Below are positions 1-10,574 of a DNA stretch of 64,000 bases, piece after piece. The stretch lies in assembly GCA_945869735.1 (NCBI GenBank), contig CAMBPQ010000005.1, positions 6,733-70,732 of the forward strand, given 5' to 3'. Position numbers and translations under genes: made by a program. The stretch's first letter is position 1, and the number at the start of each line of letters is the position of its first letter. Below the pieces are notes generated by a model. The model was not told where the DNA came from, did not search any database, and saw only the letters and a program-made list of their open reading frames with translations. This DNA comes from Planctomicrobium piriforme. GTDB lineage: Bacteria; Planctomycetota; Planctomycetia; Pirellulales; UBA1268.

Positions 1-5
1 TGGGT

Positions 6-629
6 GTGCCGGGCAGCGGCGCACCGGAGGTCGCTGCCGCCGTGGCCGACGCGGTGATGGGCCGCGTGATCCACGCCCCCGCACCACTCCCGCTCCCAAC
101 GCGAGCCGAGGCTGGGCTGCCTGCCGGTGGCGCGGCGATGCGTTGGCGAAAAATGCTGGCGGCGTGGGCCGAGCCGCTGGACCGGGCCAGCTGGGACGAC
201 GACCCGCATCCCGTCATCGCCGACTATTGGTTTGACGAACTCGCCCTCACGGCGGCGGACGACCTTGAGCCCGCCGACCTCGCGGGGTTCGAGGCCGACT
301 TCACCAGTCAAGCCGACGGCATTGTCGCCCCGCAGGTCGCGATCATGCTCGTGGCCGATCAGGCCGCGCTCACCGAACGGATCGCATTTCGCAGCCGCCA
401 TTCCCATCTCCACACCAACGTGTTTGGTGATCTGGCCGTGCGCATGGCTGACGTGTCTGACTGCGACCGCGCCGCCGCGCTGGTGATGTTTCAAGGCCGG
501 CTCGCCCGCCGCCTGCGCTGCCTGGACGGCCGTGGCCCACGGTCTCCCAAGGCCGTGATCACGGTCGACGCCAGCGACCTCGGCCAGGCGATTGCCGAGG
601 CGACCGCAGCCGTCGAGGCGATGCTTTGA
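6..629 (+). CDS. hypothetical protein (N-terminus may lie outside the window)
   Basis: 207-aa ORF with codon usage like its neighbours. Its TGA (627-629) overlaps the panC start (TTG 626 or ATG 629). I recognise no motif. Confidence 0.4.
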   Translation: MPGSGAPEVAAAVADAVMGRVIHAPAPLPLPTRAEAGLPAGGAAMRWRKMLAAWAEPLDRASWDDDPHPVIADYWFDELALTAADDLEPADLAGFEADFTSQADGIVAPQVAIMLVADQAALTERIAFRSRHSHLHTNVFGDLAVRMADVSDCDRAAALVMFQGRLARRLRCLDGRGPRSPKAVITVDASDLGQAIAEATAAVEAML

Positions 630-1513
630 TGGCTGGCACGACTGGGGAGCGGCCCGCGACGGCCCGCGTGATCGCCGAGCCGGCAGCGATGCGGGCGGAA
701 ATCCTCACCGCCCGCGCCGCGGGACGGCGGATCGGGTTTGTGCCGACGATGGGGGCCCTGCATGCCGGGCACGTGAGCCTCGTCGATCGGGCCGCGGCCG
801 AATGCGACGACGTCGCCGTGTCGATCTTCGTGAACCCCACGCAGTTCGGTCCGCACGAAGACTACGCTGATTACCCGCGGACGCTCGAGGCCGATGCGGA
901 GACACTGCGGGATCGACACGTCCGCTGGATCTTCGCGCCCGAGGCCGAGAGCATCTATCCGCCGGACTGGGCCACGCGGATCATGATCGACGGCCCCGCA
1001 CGCCGCTTCGAGGGGGAGATTCGACCAGGGCACTTCTCCGGCGTGGCAACGGTCGTCTGCCGGCTGTTCCTCGCCGTCCCCGCCGACGTCGCCTACTTCG
1101 GGGCGAAGGACTGGCAACAGACGCTCGTGGTGAAGCGGATGGTTCGCGATCTCGGCCTGCCGATCGAGGTCGCCGTCTGCCCCACCGTTCGCGAGCCCGA
1201 TGGCCTGGCGATGAGCTCCCGCAACGCCTATCTTTCGCCCGCGGACCGCAGCCGGGCGACCGCGCTGGCCGAAAGCCTTGCACTCGCCGAGCAGATGTGG
1301 ATCGCCGGCGACGGGCCCACTGCGCTCGAGCGCGCAATGCGCGACCATCTCGGATCGCGGGGTGTCACCGTTGACTACGCCGCGGTCGTCGACAGCGAGT
1401 CGCTGGAGCCGCTCGCCGGCGCCGCTACCGCCGTGGCGCTGGTCGCGGGCCGTCTGGGCAGCACGCGGCTGATCGACAATCGCCAGTTGCCGCCCCGCCG
1501 TGGTACCGGCTGA
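626..1513 (+). CDS. panC: pantoate--beta-alanine ligase (pantothenate synthetase)
   Basis: GFVPTMGALHAGHVSLV (HxGH nucleotidyltransferase motif), FVNPTQFGP and AMSSRNAYL are typical PanC signatures. Length is 295 aa. Confidence 0.9.
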   Translation: MMAGTTGERPATARVIAEPAAMRAEILTARAAGRRIGFVPTMGALHAGHVSLVDRAAAECDDVAVSIFVNPTQFGPHEDYADYPRTLEADAETLRDRHVRWIFAPEAESIYPPDWATRIMIDGPARRFEGEIRPGHFSGVATVVCRLFLAVPADVAYFGAKDWQQTLVVKRMVRDLGLPIEVAVCPTVREPDGLAMSSRNAYLSPADRSRATALAESLALAEQMWIAGDGPTALERAMRDHLGSRGVTVDYAAVVDSESLEPLAGAATAVALVAGRLGSTRLIDNRQLPPRRGTG

Positions 1514-1524
1514 CAGGAGCCCAG

Positions 1525-2533
<1,009 letters not shown>

Positions 2534-2553
<20 letters not shown>

Positions 2554-3253
2554 CGGCGGCCCCGACAGCGGTGACATTGAAGCTCTGCTGGCCGTCGGGA
2601 ACTTTCCTGACGTGACCAGCGTCTTATCAATCAGCTTCTTATTAGTTTGGATTCGGCACGTGGTCAACGGCACCGCCAACCCGCACACCACATCGGATGA
2701 CGCCGTCATCGACCACGACCTCGTGGTCCGGGCGATGGCAGGCGAACGCGATGCGTTTGCGAGTCTCGTCGAGCGACACCACGCGCGGATTCTCGCCATG
2801 CTTGAAAGGCTCTCGGGCTGCGCCGAGCAGGCCCGTGACCTCGCGCAGGAGACCTTTGTATCGGCCTACCGCCACCTCGCTTCGTTTCGCCACGACAGCA
2901 GGTTCTCAACCTGGCTGCATGCCATTGCCTGCAACCAGGCGGCGACGGCAGCCCGGCGGCGACGGCCTGTGGCGTCGCTCGACGCGCCAGGACGGGACGG
3001 CGGGGCGGCCCACGAACCGTACGCCCCACTGCTCCATGTCGGCGCCCGGCTGGAGCAGGCCGAACTCCGGACCCGCGTCAAGGCGGCCCTCGCTCAACTC
3101 GACGAACGGTATCGCAAGGTGGTCGTGCTCTCCGACATGCAGGGCGAATCGTACGAGGAGATCGCCACCGCGCTCGACATCCCAATCGGCACCGTCCGCA
3201 GCCGGCTCCACCGCGGCCGCACGCAACTTCGCTCCCTGCTCGCGACCGAATAA
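2534..3253 (+). CDS. ECF-type RNA polymerase sigma factor (true start probably downstream of 2534)
   Basis: Region 2 reads ERDAFASLVERHHARILAMLERL...DLAQETFVSAYRHLASFRHDSRFSTWLHAIACNQ. Region 4 HTH reads ESYEEIATALDIPIGTVRSRLHRGR. The ORF-track start overlaps the lgt 3' end. Confidence 0.85.
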
Positions 3254-3263
3254 GGCGACCATC

Positions 3264-4403
3264 GTGAACCGTCCGACACCGGAACATCCAGCGTCCCTAC
3301 TCGCGTTCGACGATCCACGGATCAGCGAATGGATCGACGGTCGCCTCGTGGCAAGCGACGCAGACCTCGTGGCCCGGGCCGTGGCGGCTTCTCCGGAGTT
3401 GACCCGATTCGTCGACGACCTGCGGTTGCTGAAGGCCACCGTCGCAGAAGTCGAGGCCGCTCAACCGCCCGCTGGGTTTGTGCGGACGGTGATGGAGGCG
3501 GTGGCCAGCGAGTCGCCGGTCGGTGCGGGGGACGATCCAGCTGTCGAGGCGGAGTGGCAAAGGCTCGAGGCCGAGCGGATTGCCCAAGAAATCGAGGAGG
3601 CCCGCGATGATGTGACCAGCGCCGAACGGCAGCAGCATCGGCCGCCTTGGACGTGGCTGGCGATGCTGGCATCGCTCGCGGCCGGGGTGCTCGTGGCGGC
3701 TGGGCTCAACCTCCTCCCGCGACAGGGTGGCCGCGAGGTCGCCATGGCGCCAGACGGCGCGCCCACACGCGATACGCAGGCGATCTCGGAGCGTGATGAC
3801 GTGCTCTGGCCTACTGGTTCCGAAATAGCAGATAAAGGTAAGGAGGCTGGTGCTGGTGCTGGGATGGTTGCTGGAGTGGCCGAAATAAAAGCAGGTAAGG
3901 CGGCTGCTTCTGGTGCTGGGATGGCTCCTGGGATGGCTGCGGGGGGGCGTGCTCGGGCCGAAGCGGCTGCGGCGGCGGTCGACGAGCTCGTGGTGATGGT
4001 CGATGGACCGCGGGGGCGGGCGACGCTGGCGAGGCTCCTCGAAAAGAGTGGCCTCGGCAGTGGCCGCGGCGAAGCGGCGGCGGCTCTCGAAGAGAACTGG
4101 CTCGAAGTGGCAGCGGCCGCCCCGGCAATCGAGGCCTTCAAGGCTGCCCTCGGCGGACTGGCGGAGGGCGGGGTGCGGCTGCCAGAGGCGGACAAGTCGT
4201 TGGCCCTGGCACAGGCCGCCCGTGCGGTCGATTTCGGCGCGGACGCCAGCGACCGGCTGGCTCATAAACAATCTGAACTCCGCCGCCTGGCCGACGACAC
4301 CATCCGCCGCCTCGTCATCCGGATCGTCGCCGACGACGAACAGTTGCCAGCCGCCCCCGCAGCGGCCAAAACCTCTCCCACTCCAAGCGATCTCGAGGAA
4401 TGA
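3264..4403 (+). CDS. putative single-pass membrane anti-sigma factor
   Basis: It lies directly downstream of the ECF sigma gene. GTG 3264 is in frame with track ORF 2697..4403, whose 5' part merely overlaps the sigma gene in another frame. One TM segment (WTWLAMLASLAAGVLVAAGLNLL) is followed by an Ala/Gly-rich periplasmic part. There is no HxxxCxxC zinc motif. Confidence 0.55.
   Translation: MNRPTPEHPASLLAFDDPRISEWIDGRLVASDADLVARAVAASPELTRFVDDLRLLKATVAEVEAAQPPAGFVRTVMEAVASESPVGAGDDPAVEAEWQRLEAERIAQEIEEARDDVTSAERQQHRPPWTWLAMLASLAAGVLVAAGLNLLPRQGGREVAMAPDGAPTRDTQAISERDDVLWPTGSEIADKGKEAGAGAGMVAGVAEIKAGKAAASGAGMAPGMAAGGRARAEAAAAAVDELVVMVDGPRGRATLARLLEKSGLGSGRGEAAAALEENWLEVAAAAPAIEAFKAALGGLAEGGVRLPEADKSLALAQAARAVDFGADASDRLAHKQSELRRLADDTIRRLVIRIVADDEQLPAAPAAAKTSPTPSDLEE
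3820..3936 (+). repeat. in-frame tandem duplication (about 60 bp + 57 bp), visibly lower GC, inside the anti-sigma CDS
   Basis: ccgaaatagcagataaaggtaaggaggctggtgctggtgctgggatgg is followed by ccgaaataaaagcaggtaaggcggctgcttctggtgctgggatgg. Together they encode SEIADKGKEAGAGAGMVAGVAEIKAGKAAASGAGMAPGM. Confidence 0.7.
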
Positions 4404-4714
4404 CCGCTTCCGAACAGCCCGCCGACGATGCAGCTCAGGGCAGGGCGTACTCGGTTCCCGGGTGCGTGACGATCCGCTGTCGCCAGCACGGTCCGCTGGT
4501 CGTCGAGATGCCAGCCGAGGGGGGCCTGCGGCTGCGGGTAACCGACCATGAGGGGCGCGAACTCCCGCTACCCGACCACAAGCGGGCCGTAGCCCTCTGC
4601 CGCTGCGGCCAGACGGCGACCAAGCCTTTTTGCGACGGCTCTCACAAGACCGCCGGGCAAAAGAGTACCGGCGACCATCCAGAGGCCCGGGCGCCTTCGG
4701 CTTCGGATGCGTGA
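4400..4714 (+). CDS. CDGSH iron-sulfur domain protein
   Basis: CRCGQTATKPFCDGSHK matches the CDGSH 2Fe-2S signature C-x-C-x2-(S/T)-x3-P-x-C-D-G-(S/A/T)-H. The start ATG overlaps the anti-sigma stop (ATGA at 4400-4403). Confidence 0.8.
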   Translation: MTASEQPADDAAQGRAYSVPGCVTIRCRQHGPLVVEMPAEGGLRLRVTDHEGRELPLPDHKRAVALCRCGQTATKPFCDGSHKTAGQKSTGDHPEARAPSASDA

Positions 4715-4725
4715 CGCCTTTGGCG

Positions 4726-4761
4726 CCAGGAAGCCCGGAGCGCGAGCAATGGGTATGCGGG
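4726..4761 (+). repeat. solo copy of the ~40-nt family-B motif
   Basis: ccaggaagcccggagcgcgagcaatgggtatgcggg resembles gtcaggaagccccaagcgcgagcgcggggtatccggg at 18843 and 19070. It lies just 3' of the CDGSH gene. Confidence 0.5.
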
Positions 4762-4918
4762 TGGTGGGTCTGTTCCGCCTACGGGAAATGTAAGGCAGAC
4801 GGAACCTGTTCCCAGGAAACCACTTAGGTCATGCAGGGGCGAGAAAAAAAGGAACGCAAAAGGCCAGAACGATCTGGACTGTCCCGCCAAACACCTGTAG
4901 GGTTGAGAGGCTCGGCGC

Positions 4919-7459
4919 TTGGAAATCGTCCGACAGAACGCCCCGGAAGGCATGATGTCTCACCAGCGGTCAAACTTCTACCAGCGGCACAGCATCGGGA
5001 TCATGGCCGTTCTGGTCTTCCTGATGCCCTTGGTGGTGATCGGGGCCATCAAGGCCAAGAGCAACAACCGCAACGACGTCAAAGGCTGGCTGCCGGCGGA
5101 ATACCCGGAAACCCAGACGTACCGTTTTTTCCGCCAAAACTTCCAGGGCGAGGAGTTCATCCTCGTCAGTTGGGAAGGCTGCACGATGGCCGACCCCCGG
5201 CTGGAGATGCTGGCCAAAAAACTGCTCCCGCCCCCGGAGGAAGCCTCGCGGATCGATCGGCCGCTCTACTACAAAACCGCCCAGACCGGCCCCAGGGCCG
5301 TCGAGCGGATGGGCCAGGATCCCCTCAATCTGGGTCGCGAGGAGGCGATCGCCCGCCTGACCGGGGCCCTGATCGGTCCGCCGCCGCCGGGGGTGGAGGC
5401 TGGAGCGGACGGGGACGACCTCGACCAGCGGAAGACCTGCCTCGTGCTCACCCTGGCCGATGCCGCCCGGGCGAATCTCCACGGCGCAATCGACGAGATC
5501 CGGAAGGTCGCCGTCACCGAATGCGGGATCCCGGACGCGGGCCTGCACATGGGCGGCCCGCCGGTCGACAACGTCTCGATCGACAAGGCCGGACAGACGA
5601 GCGTCACGATCCTCTTCGGCCTGTCGCTCGTCGTCGGCGGTATCGTCAGTTGGTGGAGCCTCAAGAGCAAGACACTCGTGGCAATGGTGATTGCCTCAGG
5701 CGTCTACAGCATGTTCGCGAGCCTGGCCGTCGTCTGGTATTCGGGCTTTCCAGTTGACGCCATCCTGCTCACGATGCCGTCGCTGGTCTACGTCGCGACC
5801 ACTTCGGGCGCGATCCATCTGGCCAACTACTACCGCGACCAGCTTGCGGAGACGGGTGTGCAGGAAGGCGCCGCCGGCCGTGCCGTGCACCACGCGCTCT
5901 TGCCGCTCTCCCTCGCGACGGGCACGACCGCCATCGGCCTCGCCACGCTCGCGGTCAGCGAACTGGTGCCGATTCGCATGTTCGGTATCTTCTCGGCCAT
6001 AGGCGTCGTGGTGAGCTTCCTGATCCTCGTCACGTTCATGCCGGCGGCGCTCGAACTCTTCCCACCGAAACTCAAGGTAGGGATGCTCGCCGGCGACGAA
6101 AACTCGGTCGGTTGGAAGCCGGTCGAGTCGAGCCGGTGGTGGGCGGCGGGCCAATGGATCACCCAGCATCATGCCCTCGCGACTGCCGTCTGCCTCATCG
6201 TGATGGCGGTCGTGGGCTACGGCATGACGCAGGTCGAGAGTAGCGTGCAGTTGATGCGGCTCTTCTCGCGGAAGGCCCAGATCCGTACCGACTATGCCTG
6301 GCTCGAGAGCCATCTGGGCCCCTTGGTGCCCATGGAAATCCTCGTGCGCATCGACGAGAAATGTCCGCTCAACTTTCTTGAACGGATGGAACTGGTCGAC
6401 GAGATTCAGCGGGAGATCGGCAGCCTCGACGCGGTGGGCAGCTCGTTGTCGACCGTCACGTTCGGCCGTAACCTCGAGGGCGGCAGTGCGGGCGAGGGAC
6501 TGCGGGCCAAGCTCGCCCGCAGCACGCTCAACAAAGCTCTGGTGCGGCACCGCGACGATTTCCTGGCCGGCGACTACCTGCGTGAGGCGAAGGTCGCCGA
6601 CTCCGCAGGATTCCCCCGGCAGCAGGAACTCTGGCGGATCAGCGCTCGCGTGAGCGCGATCCAGGAGGTCGACTACGCCCTCTTCAAGGCCGACCTCCAG
6701 AAGAAGATCGATCCAGTGCTCACCCGGCTCGATGGCGATGGCGTTAGCGGCATCGCGGTCGACTACACAGGGCTCGTGCCGCTGGTCTACAAGGCCCAGC
6801 ATTCCCTCCTCGAAAACCTCAAGATCGGGTTCATCTTCGACTTCGCGATCATCGTCGTGGTCATGATCCTCCTCTGCCGGGCCACATCGGCCGGGCTGGT
6901 GCTCCTGCTACCGGCGGCTTTTCCTGCGGTGGTGGTGTTTGGCTTCATGGGCTGGGGCAACGCCCTGTTGAAATCGATGCATGCGGGCAACCTGTTCATC
7001 GACATCGGCAGCGTGATGGCGCCGAGCGTGGCTCTCGGCGTGACCGTCGACGACGTCGTTCACTTCATGCTCTGGTTTCGCCGCGGCATCGCCGACGGCC
7101 TCGACCGCAAGCAGGCCACGATGCTCGCCTACAAGGGCTGCGCCCGGGCGATGTACCAGAGCTGGGGCGTGATCGGCATCGGGCTGTCGGTCTTCTCGCT
7201 GTCGCCGTTTGGTCCGACACAGCGGTTTGGACACATGATGCTCGCGATGCTCACGGTCGCTCTGGTGGGCAACCTCGTGCTCATGCCTGCCATGCTCTCG
7301 GGACCTCTCGGCGGCTTGTTCGCCTGGAGCGTGCACCGCATCGAGCGGAAGAAGGCCGCCCAAGCCGGCCGCCGCTACGTGATCCCCAATTCCGGTAGCG
7401 ACGCCCTCCCTGCTCCCCATGTCGCGCCCGGGCCGGCGAAGCAGGTCGTGCACGCCTGA
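4919..7459 (+). CDS. MMPL/RND-superfamily membrane transporter (HpnN-like architecture)
   Basis: 846 aa with two blocks of about 5-6 TM helices separated by large soluble loops and an N-terminal single TM. This is the typical MMPL layout. The likely start is MMSHQRS near 4949. Confidence 0.7.
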   Translation: MEIVRQNAPEGMMSHQRSNFYQRHSIGIMAVLVFLMPLVVIGAIKAKSNNRNDVKGWLPAEYPETQTYRFFRQNFQGEEFILVSWEGCTMADPRLEMLAKKLLPPPEEASRIDRPLYYKTAQTGPRAVERMGQDPLNLGREEAIARLTGALIGPPPPGVEAGADGDDLDQRKTCLVLTLADAARANLHGAIDEIRKVAVTECGIPDAGLHMGGPPVDNVSIDKAGQTSVTILFGLSLVVGGIVSWWSLKSKTLVAMVIASGVYSMFASLAVVWYSGFPVDAILLTMPSLVYVATTSGAIHLANYYRDQLAETGVQEGAAGRAVHHALLPLSLATGTTAIGLATLAVSELVPIRMFGIFSAIGVVVSFLILVTFMPAALELFPPKLKVGMLAGDENSVGWKPVESSRWWAAGQWITQHHALATAVCLIVMAVVGYGMTQVESSVQLMRLFSRKAQIRTDYAWLESHLGPLVPMEILVRIDEKCPLNFLERMELVDEIQREIGSLDAVGSSLSTVTFGRNLEGGSAGEGLRAKLARSTLNKALVRHRDDFLAGDYLREAKVADSAGFPRQQELWRISARVSAIQEVDYALFKADLQKKIDPVLTRLDGDGVSGIAVDYTGLVPLVYKAQHSLLENLKIGFIFDFAIIVVVMILLCRATSAGLVLLLPAAFPAVVVFGFMGWGNALLKSMHAGNLFIDIGSVMAPSVALGVTVDDVVHFMLWFRRGIADGLDRKQATMLAYKGCARAMYQSWGVIGIGLSVFSLSPFGPTQRFGHMMLAMLTVALVGNLVLMPAMLSGPLGGLFAWSVHRIERKKAAQAGRRYVIPNSGSDALPAPHVAPGPAKQVVHA

Positions 7460-7562
7460 GTCGACCCTCACGGAGCCCCCATCGCTCCCCCGATTGGGCT
7501 CCCAGAAGCGGAGCCGCACAAGCGACACGACTGTGTCACGCTGGTGGTGCTAGAGTTGGAGC

Positions 7563-8792
7563 ATGACGACTCACTCTCCCACCGCTCCCGTCACCGGCCT
7601 GCCGATGGCGACCGTGGTGCTCAAGCCCAAGCGGGCCCGGCCGTTCTTCGGCCGCCACCCCTGGGTCCTCGACTCCGCCGTGCTCAAGGTCGATGGCCAG
7701 CCCGCCGATGGCGACGTGGTCGATCTGGCCACGCACGATGGCAACTTCGTGGCCCGCGGCCTCTGGAACTCGCAGAGCCGGCTGCGGGTGAGGCTCTATG
7801 CCTTCAACGCCTCCATCAAACTCGACGCTGACCTGTGGCGCGGCCGCATCGCCGCGGCCGTGGCCTTACGGACGGTCCTCGGCCTCGATGACCGCACCGC
7901 CGCCGTCCGGCTGATCAACAGCGAGGGGGACGACCTCTCCGGCCTGATCGTCGACCGCTACGGTGACTACCTCGCCGTGCAGGTGACGGCACTGGCGATG
8001 GCAGAACGGCTCGACACGATCTGCGACGCGCTGGAATCGACCGTCACTCCCAAGGGTATCCTGCTCCGTGGTGCGGAGCGGGGGCTCGCGAAGCTTGAGG
8101 GCCTCGCGCTCGTCGACCGCGTCGTCCGCGGCTCGGCACCGAGCGGCCCAATCTTCGTCCACGAGCACGGTCTGAAGTTCGGCGTCGATCTCGCCGAGGG
8201 ACAGAAGACGGGCTACTACATCGATCAGCGGGACAACCGGCAGGCGGCAGCTCGGTATGCCCAGGGCCGCCGCGTGCTCGACATGTTTTGCTACTCCGGC
8301 GGCTTCGCGGTGGCCTGCGCCGTCTCCGGCGCCGCCCGCAGCGTGCTGGCCGTCGACTCCAGTGCCAAGGCCGCGGCGCTTGCCCGCGCGAATGCCGACT
8401 TGAACGGCGCGGCCAACGTGACGGTCGACACGATCGACGCCTTCGAGAAACTCGACGCCTTGGCCGCGGCGGGCGAGCGGTTCGGGATGGTGATTCTCGA
8501 CCCACCGAAGTTTGCTCGCAGCCGCTCGAGTGTCGACGACGCCCTGCGGGCCTACCACCGCATCAATCGGGTGGCCGTCGGCCTCCTCGAACCAGGCGGC
8601 ATCCTCGTCACCTGCTCCTGCTCGGGATCGGTGTCGCGAGAGGACTTCCTGCAAATGCTCTCCGGCGTAGCCCAGCGGTCGGGACGACCGATCCAGTTGC
8701 TGGAGTGCCGCGGCGCAGCGGCCGATCATCCCGTCAGCGCCAGCTGCCTCGAGGGTGAATACCTCAAGTGCGTCATCGCCCGCGTGGCGTGA
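7563..8792 (+). CDS. rlmI: class I SAM-dependent rRNA (cytosine-C5) methyltransferase, RlmI-like
   Basis: N-terminal PUA-like part (VLKPKRARPFFGRHPWVLDSAV), QKTGYYIDQRDNR, SAM-binding VLDMFCYSGGFAV and the DPPKFA motif. Confidence 0.75.
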   Translation: MTTHSPTAPVTGLPMATVVLKPKRARPFFGRHPWVLDSAVLKVDGQPADGDVVDLATHDGNFVARGLWNSQSRLRVRLYAFNASIKLDADLWRGRIAAAVALRTVLGLDDRTAAVRLINSEGDDLSGLIVDRYGDYLAVQVTALAMAERLDTICDALESTVTPKGILLRGAERGLAKLEGLALVDRVVRGSAPSGPIFVHEHGLKFGVDLAEGQKTGYYIDQRDNRQAAARYAQGRRVLDMFCYSGGFAVACAVSGAARSVLAVDSSAKAAALARANADLNGAANVTVDTIDAFEKLDALAAAGERFGMVILDPPKFARSRSSVDDALRAYHRINRVAVGLLEPGGILVTCSCSGSVSREDFLQMLSGVAQRSGRPIQLLECRGAAADHPVSASCLEGEYLKCVIARVA

Positions 8793-8800
8793 CGGCGGGC

Positions 8801-9139
8801 CTCCCATCAGAAAGCTCCAAGCGCAAGCACGGGGAATACGGGCGGCCTCGAGTCGATCCCGTATTCGTTCGCGAGTTGTGCTTCGGCGTCAGAAAGCCCC
8901 AAGCGCGAGCGCTGGGAATACGGGCGGCATTGATTCGGTACCGGATTGGATCGCCGGTCGGTGGCATGCTCGCCACCGGGGGATTTTGCTACAGGATGCC
9001 CGCTTGGCCTACGGAGTATCAATCGTGAGTCGCAAAGATTCCCCGGCGTCTGCGCGTGCCTCCGACCGGCTCCTCACGATCTGGAGACTGCGACTCCCGT
9101 CAGGCAGCCCCAATCGCGAGCGCGGAGAATACGTCCGCC
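8801..9139 (+). repeat. family-B repeat locus (three 40-nt motif copies plus one ~170-bp core)
   Basis: Motif copies are at about 8801-8846, 8885-8928 and 9094-9139. The core at 8929-9093 is homologous to 18885-19066. A 9-bp perfect hairpin GAATACGGG/CCCGTATTC lies at 8834-8876. Confidence 0.75.
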
Positions 9140-9226
9140 ACCCCATCCCGCTCCGCACCACGCCCACGGCTTGCCACCCGCATTCCCGGAACCCACCCGC
9201 TCCCCGTCTCGGGCTTTCCCGAGCCG

Positions 9227-9502
9227 TCACGCCCGCCGCAGCCGCGTGTACTCGTCCATCGTGACGGTGGTGATTTCGCCATCGTCACGGGCCAGGATCA
9301 GCACGTCGCTGTAGACCTTGTCGTCGCCGCTCCTGCGAAAGTGAAGCCCGTGCCGCCGCCGCTCGCGATGCAGCACACTGCCCACGGTCTTCGTGCTCCA
9401 GTTCAGCGACGAGCCGACTGTCACCCCATGGATCACCTCCACGCGGTCGCCCGGCTCGAGTTGCTCGTAGAGGCTCCGCGCCTCGTATTCCTCTGGCGTC
9501 AT
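9227..9502 (-). CDS. small hypothetical protein
   Basis: 91-aa ORF lying 6 bp downstream of ilvC on the same strand, with plausible codon usage and no motif I recognise. Confidence 0.4.
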   Translation of the reverse strand: MTPEEYEARSLYEQLEPGDRVEVIHGVTVGSSLNWSTKTVGSVLHRERRRHGLHFRRSGDDKVYSDVLILARDDGEITTVTMDEYTRLRRA

Positions 9503-9508
9503 GAAGGA

Positions 9509-10513
9509 TCACACTTCCTTGCTGTCGATCCACTTCATCATCTTCCGGAGGCCGCGACCGGTCTCCGTGAGCTTGTGCTCCCGCTCGCGGCGGCGGGTCG
9601 TCTTGAACATCGCGGCGCCGCCGCGGTTCTCGAGGATCCAATCGCGGGCGAACTCACCCGAGCGGATCTCCTCGAGGATCTTCTTCATCTCGGCACGGGT
9701 CTCGTCGGTGATGATCCGCTTGCCACGCGTGTAGTCGCCGTATTCGGCGGTGTTCGACACGCTGTAGCGCATGTACTCCAGACCGCCCTGATAGAAGAGG
9801 TCGACGATCAGCTTCATCTCGTGGAGGCACTCGAAATAGGCCATTTCCGGCTGATAACCCGCCTCGACGAGCGTGTCGAAGCCCGCCTTGATGAGTTCTG
9901 AAACGCCTCCGCAGAGCACCGCCTGCTCGCCGAAGAGATCGGTCTCGGTCTCCTCCGCGATCGTGGTCTCGATCACGCCGCCGCGGGTGCCGCCGATGCC
10001 CTTGGCATAGGCGAGGCCGATCTTCTTGGTCTCGGAGCTCGCGCCAGGGCCCATCGCGATCAGGCAGGGCACGCCGCCCCCCTTCACGTATTCGCTGCGC
10101 ACGAGATGACCGGGGCCCTTCGGGGCCACGAGCAGAATATCGTGGCCCGGGGGAGCCTCGACCTGGCCGAAGTGAAAGTTGAAGCCGTGGCTCGCCATCA
10201 GCACGGCACCCTTCTTCAGGTTTGGCTTGATCGACGCCTTATAGACGTCGCCCTGCAGTTCGTCGGGCAGGAGGATGTTGATGACGTCGGCCTGCTTGAC
10301 GGCCTCCTCGACGCTCACCGGCGCGAAGCCGTGGCTCTTGGCAAGCTCGTAGTTGGGGCCACCCGGCCGCTGGGCCACGATGACGGTCAGGCCGCTGTCG
10401 CGGAGGTTCTGGGCCTGGGCGTGTCCCTGCGAGCCATAGCCGATGATGGCGATGGTCTTGCCTGCAAGGGCCTTCAGGTCGGCGTCGGCATCGTAATAGA
10501 TCGTGGCAGCCAA
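9509..10513 (-). CDS. ilvC: ketol-acid reductoisomerase (NADP+)
   Basis: [21 protein letters not shown] (Rossmann motif), [20 protein letters not shown] and EYGDY are class I KARI signatures. Length is 334 aa. Confidence 0.95.
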   Translation of the reverse strand: MAATIYYDADADLKALAGKTIAIIGYGSQGHAQAQNLRDSGLTVIVAQRPGGPNYELAKSHGFAPVSVEEAVKQADVINILLPDELQGDVYKASIKPNLKKGAVLMASHGFNFHFGQVEAPPGHDILLVAPKGPGHLVRSEYVKGGGVPCLIAMGPGASSETKKIGLAYAKGIGGTRGGVIETTIAEETETDLFGEQAVLCGGVSELIKAGFDTLVEAGYQPEMAYFECLHEMKLIVDLFYQGGLEYMRYSVSNTAEYGDYTRGKRIITDETRAEMKKILEEIRSGEFARDWILENRGGAAMFKTTRRREREHKLTETGRGLRKMMKWIDSKEV

Positions 10514-10574
10514 GGGTTCACTCCGATATGGGAAAGCGGGTCAAGGATGGGAAAGGGAAGGCGCGGCCGAGGCA

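Noticed and set aside
2697-3263. The 5' part of the 568-aa track ORF 2697..4403, overlapping the ECF sigma gene.
   Set aside because: This stretch overlaps the sigma-factor gene in another frame and encodes Arg/Ser/Pro-rich nonsense. The real anti-sigma gene most plausibly starts at GTG 3264, just after the sigma stop.
8801-9139. A CRISPR-like appearance, with a ~40-nt motif repeated three times here and twice at 18841-19112.
   Set aside because: The spacings are irregular (about 85, 210 and 228 bp). The intervening sequences are themselves homologous between the two loci, so they are not unique spacers. No cas genes are visible. It is better described as a composite dispersed repeat.
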